From: Nocardioides sp.
GTDB taxonomy: Bacteria > Actinomycetota > Actinomycetes > Propionibacteriales > Nocardioidaceae
Length of the DNA stretch: 64,000 nt
Reading direction: 5' to 3'
Assembly (NCBI GenBank): GCA_036270075.1
Contig: DATBDF010000152.1
Coordinates: forward strand, 1,532 to 65,531
A program made the position numbers and the translations under genes. Shown here one piece after another: positions 35,608-46,909 of the stretch. Under the pieces are notes generated by a model. That model was not told where the DNA came from. It worked only from the letters and a program-made list of their open reading frames with translations, and searched no databases. Position 1 is the stretch's first letter, and each line of letters starts with the position of its first letter.

Positions 35608-36347
35608 GCTCGGATGCACCCCTGCTCGAGGTCACCGACCTCCGCAAGTGCTACGGCGACAAGGTCGTGCTCCACGACGTCGGCCTCACCGTCCACCCGC
35701 ACGACGTCATCTGCCTGATCGGCTCGTCCGGGTCGGGCAAGTCGACCCTGCTGCGCTGCCTCAACCTGCTCGAGGACGTCGACGACGGCGTCATCCGCTT
35801 CGAGGGACGCGAGATCTCCGACCCCCGGGTCGACCGGCGAGAAGTGCGCAGCCGGATGGGCATGGTCTTCCAGGCCTACAACCTGTTCCCCCACCTGACG
35901 GTGCTGGACAACTGCACCCTCGCTCCGCGACGGGTGCACGGCGTGCCCAAGGCCGAGGCGGAGCAGCGGGCGCACGACCTGCTCGCCCGCTTCGGCCTCG
36001 CCGACCAGGCCGACAAGCACCCGGACCGGATGTCCGGCGGACAGCAGCAGCGCGCGGCTCTCGTCCGTGCCCTGTGCACGCAGCCCACGCTGCTCCTGCT
36101 CGACGAGATCACCGCGGCGCTCGACCCCGAGCTGGTCGGCGAGGTGCTGACCATCGTCCGCGACCTGGCCGAGCAGGGGACGACGATGATCCTGGCCACG
36201 CACGAGATGGGGTTCGCACGCGAGGTCGCCACCACGGTCTGCTTCCTCGACGAGGGTCGGATCCTCGAGCACGGTGTGCCCGCCGAGATCTTCAGCAGCC
36301 CTCGTGAGGACCGCACCCGCCAGTTCCTCGCGCGCGTCCTGGGATGA
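35604..36347 (+). CDS. amino acid ABC transporter ATP-binding protein
   Basis: GSSGSGKST, MSGGQQQR, LLDE, THEM. Confidence 0.93.
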   Translation: MSSDAPLLEVTDLRKCYGDKVVLHDVGLTVHPHDVICLIGSSGSGKSTLLRCLNLLEDVDDGVIRFEGREISDPRVDRREVRSRMGMVFQAYNLFPHLTVLDNCTLAPRRVHGVPKAEAEQRAHDLLARFGLADQADKHPDRMSGGQQQRAALVRALCTQPTLLLLDEITAALDPELVGEVLTIVRDLAEQGTTMILATHEMGFAREVATTVCFLDEGRILEHGVPAEIFSSPREDRTRQFLARVLG

Positions 36348-36354
36348 TCGGGGG

Positions 36355-37506
36355 ATGCAACTCGGCCAGGGCACCGGTCCCCTCCGCGCCCTCCGGGTCA
36401 TCGAGCTGGCCGGCATCGGCCCCGGGCCCCACGCCTGCATGATCCTGGCCGACCTCGGCGCCGACGTGATCCGCATCGACCGGCCGGGCGGCCAGATGCT
36501 CACCGGCGGGTCGCACGACCTGCTCAACCGCGGCCGTCCGAGCGTGGCGCTCGACCTCAAGCATCCCCACGCGGTCGCGACGGTGCTCGAGCTCGTGGAG
36601 TCGGCCGACGTCCTGGTCGAGGGCCTGCGACCCGGTACGACGGAGCGGCTCGGCCTCGGACCGGACGACTGCCTGGCCCGCAACCCGCGCCTCGTCTACG
36701 GCCGGATGACCGGCTGGGGCCAGCACGGGCCGTTGGCGAGGACGGCCGGTCACGACCTCGGCTACATCGCGATCACCGGGGCACTTCACGGGCTCGGACA
36801 GGACCCGCGACGGCCGCACTTCCCGACCAACCTCGTCGGTGACTTCGGCGGCGGGTCGACGTACCTCGTGATCGGGATCCTGGCCGCACTCCTCGAGTCG
36901 CGGCTCTCGGGGCAGGGTCAGGTCGTCGACGCCGCGATCGTCGACGGCACCGCCCACCTCAACTCCATGGCCACGGCGTTCCTCGCCGGCGGGCTGCTCC
37001 GCGAGGAGCGGGCCAGCAACCTGCTCGACGGTGGCGCGCCGTTCTACGACCTGTACGAGACGGCCGATGGTCGGCACCTCGCGATCGGCGCACTCGAGCC
37101 GCAGTTCTACGACGCCCTCGTCGCCGGCCTGGGGATCGCCGACGGCGTCCCCGACCGGGACGACCCTGCCAACCACCCCGCCCTGCGTCACCTGATCGCC
37201 CAGACCGTGCGCACCCGCACCCAGGCCGAATGGGTCGAGGTGTTCGACGGCACCGACGCGTGCGTCGCGCCGGTCCTGCCGATGACCGAGGCGTTCCACC
37301 ACTCCCACCTGGTGGAGCGCGGAACGTTCGTCGAGCGGGACGGGATGACCCAGCCCGCGCCCGCACCGCGCTTCTCGCGGACCTCGCCGTCGCTGACGAC
37401 ACCCCCGCCGGCAACGGTCGGCCAGGACACCCGTGACGCGCTGGTCGCCTGGGGTGTCGCGGGCGTCGAGCGGCTCCTCGAGTCCGGCGCGGCGGTGCAG
37501 GCATGA
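36355..37506 (+). CDS. CaiB/BaiF family CoA transferase (alpha-methylacyl-CoA racemase-like)
   Basis: ELAGIGPGP, LADLGADV, AGHD, GDFGGG. Confidence 0.9.
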   Translation: MQLGQGTGPLRALRVIELAGIGPGPHACMILADLGADVIRIDRPGGQMLTGGSHDLLNRGRPSVALDLKHPHAVATVLELVESADVLVEGLRPGTTERLGLGPDDCLARNPRLVYGRMTGWGQHGPLARTAGHDLGYIAITGALHGLGQDPRRPHFPTNLVGDFGGGSTYLVIGILAALLESRLSGQGQVVDAAIVDGTAHLNSMATAFLAGGLLREERASNLLDGGAPFYDLYETADGRHLAIGALEPQFYDALVAGLGIADGVPDRDDPANHPALRHLIAQTVRTRTQAEWVEVFDGTDACVAPVLPMTEAFHHSHLVERGTFVERDGMTQPAPAPRFSRTSPSLTTPPPATVGQDTRDALVAWGVAGVERLLESGAAVQA

Positions 37507-38954
37507 GCCGCGAGCCGCTCGCGCACGTCGACGTGCTGATCATCGGCGCGGGCCTCTCCGGCATCGGCGCCGCCGCCCACCTCACCCGCTCGCTGCCGCA
37601 CACGACGTACGTCGTCCTGGAGGCGCGCGAGGTCAGCGGCGGCACCTGGGACCTCTTCCGCTACCCCGGGGTGCGGTCGGACTCCGACATGTACACGATG
37701 GGCTACCGCTTCAAGCCGTGGCGGCACGCGGAGGCACTCGGCTCCGGCGAGCGGATCCTGGAGTACCTCCGTGACACCGCCCGTGAGTACGACGTCGAGC
37801 GGCGGATCCGCTACCGGCACCGGGTCGTGCGGCTCACCTGGGACGGCGCCGAGGCGCGGTGGACCGTCGAGGCCGAGCACGACGGCCGGCCCGTGACGTT
37901 CACGGCCGGACTCGTCTGGTCGTGCCGTGGCTACTACGACTACGAGCGGGGTCACGAGCCCGAGCTGGTCGGCGCCGAGGACTTCCGGGGACCGATCGTG
38001 CATCCGCAGCACTGGCCGGCCGACCTCGACTGGACGGGCAAGGACGTCGTGGTGATCGGGAGCGGGGCCACCGCAGTCACGTTGGTACCCGCGCTGGCGG
38101 CGAAGGCCGCGCACGTGACCATGTTGCAGCGGTCGCCGTCGTACATCCTCAGCCTGCCGCAGCGCGACCCCTTCGCGGCCGGTGCCCGCCGCTGGCTCCC
38201 GGCCGGCTCGGCCCACCGGGTCGTGCGGTGGAAGAGCATCCTCGTGACCGCGTTCTTCTACCGGCTCTCACGGCGCCGCCCGGAGACCGTGAAGCGGGTC
38301 GTGCGCAAGCAGAACGTCGCGCTGCTACCCGAGGGGTACGACGTCGACACGCACTTCGCGCCGCGCTACGACCCGTGGGACCAGCGGATGTGCTTCGTGC
38401 CGGACGCGGACCTCTTCAAGGCCGTCCGCAGCGGCGACGCCGAGGTGGTCACCTCCACGATCGAGCGGCTGGACGCCGACGGGATCCGGCTGAGCGGGGG
38501 CCGTCACCTCCGCGCCGACGTCGTCGTCACCGCGACCGGACTCACGCTCGCGCCGTTCGGGGGGATCGAGCTGGTCGTCGACGGCGAGAAGGTGGACCCG
38601 TCGGCCCTGATGACCTACCGCGCGCTGATGCTCAGCGACGTGCCGAACTTCGTCTTCACCGTCGGCTACACCAACGCCTCGTGGACGCTCAAGGTCGACC
38701 TCGTGGCGGAGTTCACCTGCCGGCTGCTCGCCCACCTGGCCGAGCACGGATATCGGCGCGTCGTCCCGGTCGGCGACCCGTCCGTGCGCGAGACACCGCT
38801 GATGGACTTCACGTCGGGCTACGTCCTGCGTGCGCTCGACCAGCTCCCCCACCAAGGGGACCGCGACCCGTGGCGGCTGCGCCAGAGCTACCTCCGCGAC
38901 CGGCGGACGCTGCGCCGGGCGCCGCTCGAGGACGGTGTTCTGCGGTTCTCCTGA
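37503..38954 (+). CDS. EthA-like Baeyer-Villiger flavin monooxygenase
   Basis: GAGLSG, WDLFRYPGVRSDSD, FxGxxxHPQHWP, GSGATA. Confidence 0.9.
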   Translation: MSREPLAHVDVLIIGAGLSGIGAAAHLTRSLPHTTYVVLEAREVSGGTWDLFRYPGVRSDSDMYTMGYRFKPWRHAEALGSGERILEYLRDTAREYDVERRIRYRHRVVRLTWDGAEARWTVEAEHDGRPVTFTAGLVWSCRGYYDYERGHEPELVGAEDFRGPIVHPQHWPADLDWTGKDVVVIGSGATAVTLVPALAAKAAHVTMLQRSPSYILSLPQRDPFAAGARRWLPAGSAHRVVRWKSILVTAFFYRLSRRRPETVKRVVRKQNVALLPEGYDVDTHFAPRYDPWDQRMCFVPDADLFKAVRSGDAEVVTSTIERLDADGIRLSGGRHLRADVVVTATGLTLAPFGGIELVVDGEKVDPSALMTYRALMLSDVPNFVFTVGYTNASWTLKVDLVAEFTCRLLAHLAEHGYRRVVPVGDPSVRETPLMDFTSGYVLRALDQLPHQGDRDPWRLRQSYLRDRRTLRRAPLEDGVLRFS

Positions 38955-39033
38955 CCGTCCGCGGCGCATACGAGGGCTCGGGTCGGGTACGTCTCCGTCG
39001 TACGACGAGTGACCCCCAGCCGAAGGAGCACAC

Positions 39034-39228
39034 GTGGGACTCGACGACAAGGCCAAGCACCAGGCGACAGACGTGAAGGGCAAGGCCAAGGAGGCGACCG
39101 GTGCTGCCACCGGGAACGAGAGCCTCAAGGCCGAGGGCAAGGACGACCAGGGCAAGGCGAAGGCCAAGGAGGCCGGCCGTCACGTCAAGGAGGCGGCCAA
39201 GGAGACCAAGGACACCCTCAAGCCCTGA
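39034..39228 (+). CDS. CsbD family stress protein
   Basis: KGKAKEATG..NESLKAEGKDDQ; AAGGAG RBS; GGGTAC SigB-type -10 upstream. Confidence 0.85.
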   Translation: MGLDDKAKHQATDVKGKAKEATGAATGNESLKAEGKDDQGKAKAKEAGRHVKEAAKETKDTLKP

Positions 39229-39241
39229 GCACGATCCGGAC

Positions 39242-39270
39242 GAGGGCCCCGTCATCGCGACGGGGCCCTC
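39242..39270. terminator. hairpin after csbD
   Basis: GAGGGCCCCGTC/GACGGGGCCCTC 12-bp stem. Confidence 0.65.
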
Positions 39271-39307
39271 GCGCGTCCGGAGGGCGTCGGGCGAAGGTGG
39301 TCGCGTG

Positions 39308-40006
39308 ATGAGTCCCGTCGGCCGTGCCGTGCGTCGCACCCTGTGGGTGCCTGTGCCGCGCGACCATCGGGACTCCGAGCGGGTTCTGCGCCGGCGACAG
39401 GTGGTGACGGCCGCGACCGTCGTCGTCGGCGCGGTGGTGCTGGGGTTCTCGCTCCGCATCCAGCCCGGCAGTGACTGGTTCTACGCCGCGACGCTGGGAC
39501 TCGCCCTGATCTGGACGATCGGCGCCCTCGCCTCGGGTCCCCTTCATCTCGGCCGCACGCTGCGCGGACAGGACCCCGGCCCACGCCCGGCGCTCGCCCC
39601 GCTGGTGTACGGCCTGCTGCTGGCGGCCCTCTTCGTCGCCGGAGGTCTCGTCGTGCGTCACGTCCCCGGGCTCGACAACCAGGTACGGCACGTGCTCGAC
39701 CACGCGAACGAGGGCTCGACCGCGCTCCTGGTGCTGGTGACGGCGGTCAACGGTGTCGCCGAGGAGCTGTTCTTCCGCGGGGCCCTGTACGCCGCGGTGA
39801 CCCGCCGGCCGGTCGCGGTGACGACCGGGGCGTACGCCCTCGCGACGTCGGCGACCGGCAACCCCATGCTCGTCCTCGCGGCCGTCCTGCTCGGCACCCT
39901 GGTCGGCCTGGAGCGTCGCGCCACCGGCGGGATCCAGGCACCCGTCATCACCCACGTCGTCTGGTCGCTCACGATGCTGTTCGCGCTGCCGCTGGTCTTC
40001 GGCTGA
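39308..40006 (+). CDS. CPBP (CAAX/Abi) intramembrane glutamic protease
   Basis: AEELFFRG, THVVW, multiple TMs. Confidence 0.82.
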   Translation: MSPVGRAVRRTLWVPVPRDHRDSERVLRRRQVVTAATVVVGAVVLGFSLRIQPGSDWFYAATLGLALIWTIGALASGPLHLGRTLRGQDPGPRPALAPLVYGLLLAALFVAGGLVVRHVPGLDNQVRHVLDHANEGSTALLVLVTAVNGVAEELFFRGALYAAVTRRPVAVTTGAYALATSATGNPMLVLAAVLLGTLVGLERRATGGIQAPVITHVVWSLTMLFALPLVFG

Positions 40007-40020
40007 GTCGCGGGATCAGC

Positions 40021-40920
40021 TCATCGGGTGTCGGTCTCCTCGAGGGCTCGACGTACGGCCTCGGCGTACGGGACGGGGTCGAATGGGACGATCTCGCGGA
40101 CGGAGTGGTCGGTGACGACCACCTCGGTGCCCATGGAGTCGATGAGGTTGCGGCCCGTGGTGGTGTCGACGTCGGTCACGAGCGCGAGCCAGTACGACGA
40201 CAGCCGCGGGGTGAGGACCGGCACGGTGACGATCGGGACCCGGTTGCCGTCGGCCACCTCGGACGCGACCCGGAGCATCTCGACGTAGGTCATGGCCTCG
40301 GGCCCGCCGATCTCGAAGACGCGCCCCCGCGCTCGCGGGTCGTCGGCGACGCCGACCAGGTAGCGGATCACGTCGTCGACCGCGATGGGCTGGGTGCGCG
40401 TCGCGGCCCAGCGCGGGACCACCATGGCCGGCAGGTTCTTGACCAGCTGGCGGGTCAGCTCCCACGAGATGCCGCCGCGGCCGACGACGATGCCGGCGCG
40501 CAGCACTGTGACCGGGACCCCACCCAGACCGAGCCGGGTCTCGACCTCGCGGCGAGACCGCAGGTGCGCCGACAGCTCGGTGCCGTCGTCGCCGAGCCCG
40601 CCGAGGTACACGATCCGGCCGACCCCGGCGCCCGCCGCCGCCTCCCCGAAGCTCTGCGCGGCCACAGCGTCACGTTCCTCGAAGTCCTCGGCGTCCAGCG
40701 AGTGCACGAGGTAGTAGGCGATGTCGACACCCGCGAGTGCCGGTCCGAGGGTCGCGGCGTCGTGGACGTCGCCACCCACGGCCTGCCCGGGCCCGGCGTA
40801 CTCGTCCGGTCGCCGCGTCATCGCGCGTACGGCGTACCCCGCCTCCACCAGGACCGGCACCAGCCGTCGCCCGATGAAGCCGGTGGCACCGGCGACCAGG
40901 ACCGTGCGATCAGGCGTCAC
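40021..40920 (-). CDS. atypical SDR, NAD(P)H-binding protein
   Basis: GATGFIG, YYLVHS, SAHLRSR, QPIAVDD. Confidence 0.85.
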   Translation of the reverse strand: MTPDRTVLVAGATGFIGRRLVPVLVEAGYAVRAMTRRPDEYAGPGQAVGGDVHDAATLGPALAGVDIAYYLVHSLDAEDFEERDAVAAQSFGEAAAGAGVGRIVYLGGLGDDGTELSAHLRSRREVETRLGLGGVPVTVLRAGIVVGRGGISWELTRQLVKNLPAMVVPRWAATRTQPIAVDDVIRYLVGVADDPRARGRVFEIGGPEAMTYVEMLRVASEVADGNRVPIVTVPVLTPRLSSYWLALVTDVDTTTGRNLIDSMGTEVVVTDHSVREIVPFDPVPYAEAVRRALEETDTR

Positions 40921-40977
40921 GCCGTGCGTCGTACCCAGCAGACCGTCGCCGACACCCCGGCGTTGACCAGACCTCTC

Positions 40978-41044
40978 CGGATAGTCCCTGACGAAATGGT
41001 CGTACTTCTGTGGAAATCCCGACCATTTCGTCAGGGACTATCCG
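40978..41044. repeat. palindromic element (copy 1), 25-bp perfect inverted repeat
   Basis: CGGATAGTCCCTGACGAAATGGTCG-N17-CGACCATTTCGTCAGGGACTATCCG. Confidence 0.88.
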
Positions 41045-41051
41045 ACTGATG

Positions 41052-41789
41052 TCAGCGCGCGCGCTTGGCGATGTTCGCGCGCCGGAGCTCGTCCATGCCC
41101 GACTCGTAGGCCTGGACCAGCGAGGCGATGGAGAGGGGCTTCAGGCGCTCGACGACCTCCTGGATCTTCTCCGGGGAGACGCCCTGCTCCTTGTAGACCG
41201 GCCACACCTGGGTGCGGAACAGCTCGTAGAGCTCCTCCGCGATCGCGCGACCATGGGCGGCGTACACCTCGGCGGCAGCCCGGGCCGCCTCGATGGGATA
41301 GCCGAGGTCGAGCAGGCCGAGGCCGACCCCGAGCTGGGACATCGACGCGCCGAAGCGCCCGCGGCCGACCGACCTCAGGACACCGAGGGCGGCGAGCGTC
41401 TCGAGCTCCTGCGCGGACAGCGGTCGTCCGGCGCGCTGCTCGAGCTCCGAACGCGACAGCTCCTCCCAGGAGTCGGCCATCCACGGCGCCAGCATCGTGC
41501 GGTGCAGCGCGATGTCCTCGGGTGACGCGTCGGACGGGATGCCCGCGACGTACCTCTCGATCGCCGAGAGCGTGAAGCCGTGACCCTGGAGCTCCTGCAC
41601 CAGCTGGAGGCGCGCGACGTGGTCGCCGCTGTAGTAGCCGCTGCGCCCGCGCCGGATCGGCGGCGGCACCAACCCCCTGGCCGTGTAGAAGCGCACGTTG
41701 CGCACGCTGATGCCGACCCGTTCCGTCAGCTCGTCCAGCGTCAGCAGCGTGACCGTCCCCACAGCAGTCTCGTCATCCTTGACGACCAT
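41052..41789 (-). CDS. MerR family regulator
   Basis: [24 protein letters not shown]. Confidence 0.87.
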   Translation of the reverse strand: MVVKDDETAVGTVTLLTLDELTERVGISVRNVRFYTARGLVPPPIRRGRSGYYSGDHVARLQLVQELQGHGFTLSAIERYVAGIPSDASPEDIALHRTMLAPWMADSWEELSRSELEQRAGRPLSAQELETLAALGVLRSVGRGRFGASMSQLGVGLGLLDLGYPIEAARAAAEVYAAHGRAIAEELYELFRTQVWPVYKEQGVSPEKIQEVVERLKPLSIASLVQAYESGMDELRRANIAKRAR

Positions 41790-41805
41790 GACAGTAAGAG
41801 TGTCA
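41789..41805. promoter_or_regulatory. dyad in the 27-bp divergent merR-fadA spacer
   Basis: TGACA-N7-TGTCA. Confidence 0.5.
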
Positions 41806-41816
41806 CAATCGTGAGC

Positions 41817-43055
41817 ATGGCTCCATCCCCCGAGCGGGCACCCCAGGAAGCATTCGTCTACGACCACCTGCGTACGCCGCGGGGACGGGGGAAGGCAGTC
41901 GGGTCGCTGCACGAGGTGAAGCCCGTCGACCTGATGGTCGGGCTGCTGGACGAGATCCGCACCCGCAACCCGTCACTCGACGTCGAGCGCGTCGACGACG
42001 TCGTCCTCGGCGTCGTCTCCCCGATCGGGGAGCAGGGCGGCGACATCGCGAAGACGGCTGCGCTCGCGGCCGGCTATCCCGAGACGGTCGCCGGCGTCCA
42101 GCTCAACCGGTTCTGTGCCTCCGGCCTGGAGGCCGTCAACCAGGCCGCCGCCCGCATCCGGAGCGGCTTCGAGGACCTGATCCTCGCGGGCGGCGTCGAG
42201 TCGATGAGCCGCGTGCCGATGGGCTCCGACGGCGGTGCCTGGGCCGCCGACCCCGCCACCGCGCTCACCACCGGGTTCGTCCCGCAGGGCATCGGCGCCG
42301 ACCTGATCGCGACGCTCGAAGGTTGGGGACGCAAGGACGTCGACGCGTACGCCGCCGAGTCCCACCACCGGGCCGCCAAGGCCTGGGCCAACGGCTACTT
42401 CACTGGCGCGGTCGTCCCCGTCAAGGACGCCAACGGGCTCACCGTGCTCGACCACGACGAGCAGATCCGGCCGGACACCTCGGTCGAGGGGCTGGCCGGG
42501 CTCACGCCCAGCTTCGCGGCCCTCGGGCGGGACGCCGGCTTCGACGACGTCGCACTCGAGAAGTACCACTGGGTCGAGCGGATCGACCACGTGCACCACG
42601 CAGGGAACTCCTCGGGCATCGTGGACGGCGCCTCCCTCGTCGCGATCGGTTCCGAGCAGGTCGGAGACGACCTCGGTCTCACGCCGCGCGCGCGGATCGT
42701 GATGACCGCCGTGTCCGGCGCCGACCCGACGATCATGCTCACCGGCCCGGCACCCGCCGCTCGGAAGGCGCTGGCGAAGGCCGGCCTCGACGTCGGCGAC
42801 ATCGATCTGTGGGAGATGAACGAGGCGTTCGCCGCCGTCGCCATGCGCTTCATGAAGGACATGGGGATCACCCACGAGATCACCAACGTCAACGGCGGCG
42901 CGATCGCGATGGGCCATCCGCTCGGCGCGACCGGGGCGATGCTCCTCGGCACCCTCGTCGACGAGCTCCAGCGCCGAGACCAGCGCCGCGGTCTAGCCAC
43001 GCTGTGCATCGGCGGAGGCATGGGCATCGCCACCATCGTGGAGGTCGTCCGATGA
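41817..43055 (+). CDS. fadA: acetyl-CoA C-acyltransferase (thiolase)
   Basis: [27 protein letters not shown]. Confidence 0.92.
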   Translation: MAPSPERAPQEAFVYDHLRTPRGRGKAVGSLHEVKPVDLMVGLLDEIRTRNPSLDVERVDDVVLGVVSPIGEQGGDIAKTAALAAGYPETVAGVQLNRFCASGLEAVNQAAARIRSGFEDLILAGGVESMSRVPMGSDGGAWAADPATALTTGFVPQGIGADLIATLEGWGRKDVDAYAAESHHRAAKAWANGYFTGAVVPVKDANGLTVLDHDEQIRPDTSVEGLAGLTPSFAALGRDAGFDDVALEKYHWVERIDHVHHAGNSSGIVDGASLVAIGSEQVGDDLGLTPRARIVMTAVSGADPTIMLTGPAPAARKALAKAGLDVGDIDLWEMNEAFAAVAMRFMKDMGITHEITNVNGGAIAMGHPLGATGAMLLGTLVDELQRRDQRRGLATLCIGGGMGIATIVEVVR

Positions 43056-45271
43056 CGCAGACCACCGAGCAGACGGCCGTCCGCTACGAGCGGGACGCCG
43101 ACGGGATCGTCACCCTGACCCTCGACGACCCGACCGCGAGCGCCAACACGATTAACGAGCTCTACCAGCGCTCGATGCATGCGGCGGTCGACCGGCTCTA
43201 CGACGAGCTCGACGGCGTGACCGGCGTCGTCATCGCGAGTGCCAAGAAGACCTTCTTCGCAGGTGGAAACCTGACGCTGATGATGCAGGCGACGCCGGAT
43301 GATGCGGCCGCACTGTTCGCGGGGGTCGAGGCGATCAAGGCCGACCTGCGCCGGCTCGAGAAGCTGGGCCGTCCCGTGGTCGCCGCCGTCAACGGCGCTG
43401 CTCTCGGTGGCGGGTTCGAGATCGCCCTCGCGTGCCACCATCGGGTCGTCGTCGACGACCCGGCGGCGGTGGTCGGCCTCCCCGAGGCCACGCTCGGCCT
43501 GCTGCCCGGCGGCGGCGGGGTCACCCGGGTGACGCGGATGCTCGGCATCCAGTCCGCGCTGATGGACGTGCTGCTGCAGGGCACCCGGTTCAAACCCGCC
43601 GACGCGAAGGCCAAGGGCCTGGTCGACGACGTCGTGCCGACGCGTGCCGACCTCGTCCCGGCCGCCAAGACCTGGATCCTCGAGCACCGCGACGACCCGG
43701 ACGCCGCGACGAACCCGTGGGACCGCGTGGGCTACCGGCTGCCCGGAGGTACGCCGCAGTCGCCGAAGCTGGCGGCGTTCCTGCCGGCCTTCCCAGCCCT
43801 CCTGCGCCAGCAGACCAAGGGCGCCGTCTACCCGGCTCAGCGGGCCATCCTGTCCGCCGCGGTCGAGGGCGCGAGCGTCGACTTCGAGACCGCGAGCCGG
43901 ATCGAGAGCCGCTACCTGACCAAGCTGATCGTGGGCCAGAACTTCAAGAACATGGCCCAGGCCTTCTTCTTCGACCTCCAGGCCATCAACGCCGGGAAGC
44001 TCCGGCCCGACGGCCACGAGACGTTCACCGCCACCAGGGTCGGCGTCCTCGGTGCCGGGATGATGGGCGCCGGGATCGCATACTCCTGCGCGCGCTCCGG
44101 GATGCAGGTCGTGCTGAAGGACGTCTCGCTGGAGGCTGCCGAGCGGGGGAAGGGGTACAGCGAGAAGCTCAATGCCAAGGGCATCGAGCGAGGCAAGCTC
44201 ACCCAGGAGAAGTCCGAGGCCATGCTCGCCCGCATCACGCCGACGGCGGACCCTGCCGACCTCGCAGGCTGCGACCTGGTCATCGAGGCCGTCTTCGAGG
44301 ACCCGACGCTCAAGCACCAGGTGTTCGCCGAGGTGTTGAAGCACGTGAACGCCGACGCACTGCTGTGCTCCAACACCTCGACCCTCCCGATCACCGAGCT
44401 CGCCACCGGCGTCGACCGGCCCCAGGACTTCGTCGGGCTGCACTTCTTCAGCCCCGTGGACAAGATGCCGCTGGTCGAGATCATCAAGGGCGAGCAGACC
44501 TCCGACGCCGCGCTCGCCAGGGCCTACGACGTCGTCCTGCAGATCAAGAAGACCCCGATCGTGGTCAACGACAGCCGTGGCTTCTACACCTCGCGCGTCA
44601 TCGGCACGATGGTCAACGAGGGCTTGGCCATGCTGGCCGAGGGTGTGCCGCCGATGTCGCTCGAGCGCGCCGCGATGCAGGACGGCTATCCGGTCGGCCC
44701 GCTCCAGCTGACCGACGAGCTGAACATGGAGCTGATCGCGAAGATCGCCCGGGCGACCAAGGACGCCGCCGAGCGCGACCGCACGCCGTACGTCGAGCAC
44801 CCGGGGACGGCGGTCGTGGCACGCATGCTCGAGCTCGGTCGCCCCTCGAGGCTGAAGGGCGCGGGATTCTACGAGTACGAGGACGGCCGTCGGACCCACC
44901 TGTGGCCCGGCCTGGCCGCGGAGTTCCCGGTGGCGGCGGAGCAGATCCCCTTCGCCGACGTGAAGGACCGGCTGGTGTTCATCGAGGCGCTCGAGACCGC
45001 CGCGTGCTTCCAGGAGGGAGTCATCGAGTCCTCCGCCGCAGCCAACATCGGTTCGATCATGGGCATCGGCTTCCCGGCCAACACCGGTGGCGCCGCTCAG
45101 TTCATGACCGGCTACCAGGCCGTCGACGAGCACGGCGACGGCGTCGGGGCGATCGGGCTCGACGCCTTTCTCGCGCGAGCGGACGAGCTCGCCGACCGGT
45201 ACGGCGAGCGCTTCCGCCCGTCGGCGTACCTCCGCGACCTCGCGGCGAAGGGCGGGCGGTTCCCCGCGTGA
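43052..45271 (+). CDS. fadB: fatty acid oxidation multifunctional enzyme (enoyl-CoA hydratase / 3-hydroxyacyl-CoA dehydrogenase)
   Basis: [33 protein letters not shown]; ATGA coupling. Confidence 0.92.
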   Translation: MTQTTEQTAVRYERDADGIVTLTLDDPTASANTINELYQRSMHAAVDRLYDELDGVTGVVIASAKKTFFAGGNLTLMMQATPDDAAALFAGVEAIKADLRRLEKLGRPVVAAVNGAALGGGFEIALACHHRVVVDDPAAVVGLPEATLGLLPGGGGVTRVTRMLGIQSALMDVLLQGTRFKPADAKAKGLVDDVVPTRADLVPAAKTWILEHRDDPDAATNPWDRVGYRLPGGTPQSPKLAAFLPAFPALLRQQTKGAVYPAQRAILSAAVEGASVDFETASRIESRYLTKLIVGQNFKNMAQAFFFDLQAINAGKLRPDGHETFTATRVGVLGAGMMGAGIAYSCARSGMQVVLKDVSLEAAERGKGYSEKLNAKGIERGKLTQEKSEAMLARITPTADPADLAGCDLVIEAVFEDPTLKHQVFAEVLKHVNADALLCSNTSTLPITELATGVDRPQDFVGLHFFSPVDKMPLVEIIKGEQTSDAALARAYDVVLQIKKTPIVVNDSRGFYTSRVIGTMVNEGLAMLAEGVPPMSLERAAMQDGYPVGPLQLTDELNMELIAKIARATKDAAERDRTPYVEHPGTAVVARMLELGRPSRLKGAGFYEYEDGRRTHLWPGLAAEFPVAAEQIPFADVKDRLVFIEALETAACFQEGVIESSAAANIGSIMGIGFPANTGGAAQFMTGYQAVDEHGDGVGAIGLDAFLARADELADRYGERFRPSAYLRDLAAKGGRFPA

Positions 45272-45273
45272 CG

Positions 45274-46182
45274 TCAGGCCGGTGGGGGCAGGTAGTGGCG
45301 CCGGAGCTCGTGGGCGTAGGTGCGGCCGAGCGTGTCGCCCTGCCGCAAGATCCACTCGCTCATCCGGATGTCCCCGGTGGTCGGCGCGTCCGAGTCGGTC
45401 AGCCCGCCGGCCATCGCCAGGTACTCCTCCCGGGTCAGCAGCATGTCGTGCAGGATGCGTCCGAGCGCCCAGGTGACCGGCGGGAACGCAGGGCCCGGCA
45501 CGTGCACGATGCGGGTGCGGCCACCGACGGCGGCGCGGATGTGGCGGAGCAGGTCGACGAAGGTGAGTGACTCGGGACCGACGGCGTCCAGGGTGGTGCT
45601 CTCGGCGCCGTCGGCGAGGTCTGCCATCAGGCGGGCGAGGTCCTCGACGTGGATTCCTCGGATCCGGTACTCACCGCGACCGCCGACGAGAGTCACCGGG
45701 AAGCGCCGCATCAGCCACGCGATGTTGTTGACCAGGACGCCGTCCCCGCCGAACAGGATGGCCGGTCGGACGATCGCGTGCGGAACGCCACACTCTTTCA
45801 GTCGCTGCTCGACCACGCCCTTGCCACGGAAGTAGGCGAACGGCGAGCTCACGTCGGCGTGAGTGATCGATACGTGGACGATACGGCGTACTCCCGCGTC
45901 CGCGGCCGCTGCGAAGAGACGAGTCGAGCCGTCGACGGCGGTGTCGAACGTGATGTCGCCGTGCGGGAAACGCACCCAGTAGGTGTTGTAGAGGGTGTCG
46001 ACGCCCGTCAAGGAGCGGCGCAGTCCGCGAGGGTCGCGGAGGTCCAAAGGGAAGACCTCCATCCCCTCGCGGTCGCGTCGCGGGTGGTTCGTGAGCGTCC
46101 GCACATCCCTTCCGCGCCGCACCAGCTCGGCGGCGATGGAGGCGCCCGAGTAGCTGAAGCCACCGGTCACGGCGTCGACCAT
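45274..46182 (-). CDS. NAD(P)-dependent epimerase / atypical SDR
   Basis: [18 protein letters not shown]; GGAG RBS before ATG 46182. Confidence 0.8.
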   Translation of the reverse strand: MVDAVTGGFSYSGASIAAELVRRGRDVRTLTNHPRRDREGMEVFPLDLRDPRGLRRSLTGVDTLYNTYWVRFPHGDITFDTAVDGSTRLFAAAADAGVRRIVHVSITHADVSSPFAYFRGKGVVEQRLKECGVPHAIVRPAILFGGDGVLVNNIAWLMRRFPVTLVGGRGEYRIRGIHVEDLARLMADLADGAESTTLDAVGPESLTFVDLLRHIRAAVGGRTRIVHVPGPAFPPVTWALGRILHDMLLTREEYLAMAGGLTDSDAPTTGDIRMSEWILRQGDTLGRTYAHELRRHYLPPPA

Positions 46183-46215
46183 GGTCTGCTCCGATCTCGA
46201 CCCGAGTCCCACGAG

Positions 46216-46265
46216 TTGAGCGTTCGCTCAAACACGAGTAGAGCAGAAATTGAGCGATCGCTCAA
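46216..46265. promoter_or_regulatory. two 16-bp palindromic operators
   Basis: TTGAGCGTTCGCTCAA (46216-46231) and TTGAGCGATCGCTCAA (46250-46265). Confidence 0.75.
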
Positions 46266-46309
46266 GGGCGCCCACGCCGCTGACCTTTGAAAGTCTCAGG
46301 TGGCCCGCG

Positions 46310-46744
46310 TCACGAGACGTCGCGACGGTGCGTGGGAGTGTGCCCGGGCCCGCTGGCGGCGGCCGTGACGTGTCCCTCGGTGTCGTCATCCTGCAGCGCG
46401 TGGAACAGGTAGACGCCCCGCACGTGCTCCGTGTCGGGCTTGCTGCCCTGCGCACCCTCGGCGTCGGGCGAGTCCGGCGCATCCACCTGCCACCAGGAGA
46501 CGTGCTCCAGGTGCCAGCCGAGGTCCTCGATCTGGCCGAGCAGGTCGCACGTACGCCGTGCGCGTCTTCCGGTGACGCACGGAGCCGGGGCATCGGCGTA
46601 CTCCGACAACGTCGCGTCGTCGACCTCGATCTGGAAGAACCGGTCGCCACGAAGCCGCGCGCGGGCGGCCTGACCCACCGGCGAGACCCAGAACGCCTCG
46701 TCGCCATCCACGAGCAGCGCTACGTCGCTCTCAGTGCCGTCCAT
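46310..46744 (-). CDS. hypothetical protein
   Basis: Fills the gap with plausible codon usage; SPVGQA..GDRFFQ..DLLGQIEDLGWHLEH; start uncertain. Confidence 0.55.
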   Translation of the reverse strand: MDGTESDVALLVDGDEAFWVSPVGQAARARLRGDRFFQIEVDDATLSEYADAPAPCVTGRRARRTCDLLGQIEDLGWHLEHVSWWQVDAPDSPDAEGAQGSKPDTEHVRGVYLFHALQDDDTEGHVTAAASGPGHTPTHRRDVS

Positions 46745-46909
46745 CGCTACGGATACGCGATCGCCGAAAAGTTGCCACCTCATACCGACCTCCCCCGTGA
46801 CCGGCTCAGCAGCAGCACGATAAGTCGCCGGAGCCCCCTGAGCGAGGAGCCGGGCAATACTTTTACGTTCGGATGTCAGAACGGCCGCGTGCTTGAGAGA
46901 CTTCTCCGC

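Noticed and set aside
42323-43051. Apparent N-terminal extension making a 982-aa FadB
   Set aside because: Overlaps fadA in another frame; the real start is the coupled ATG at 43052
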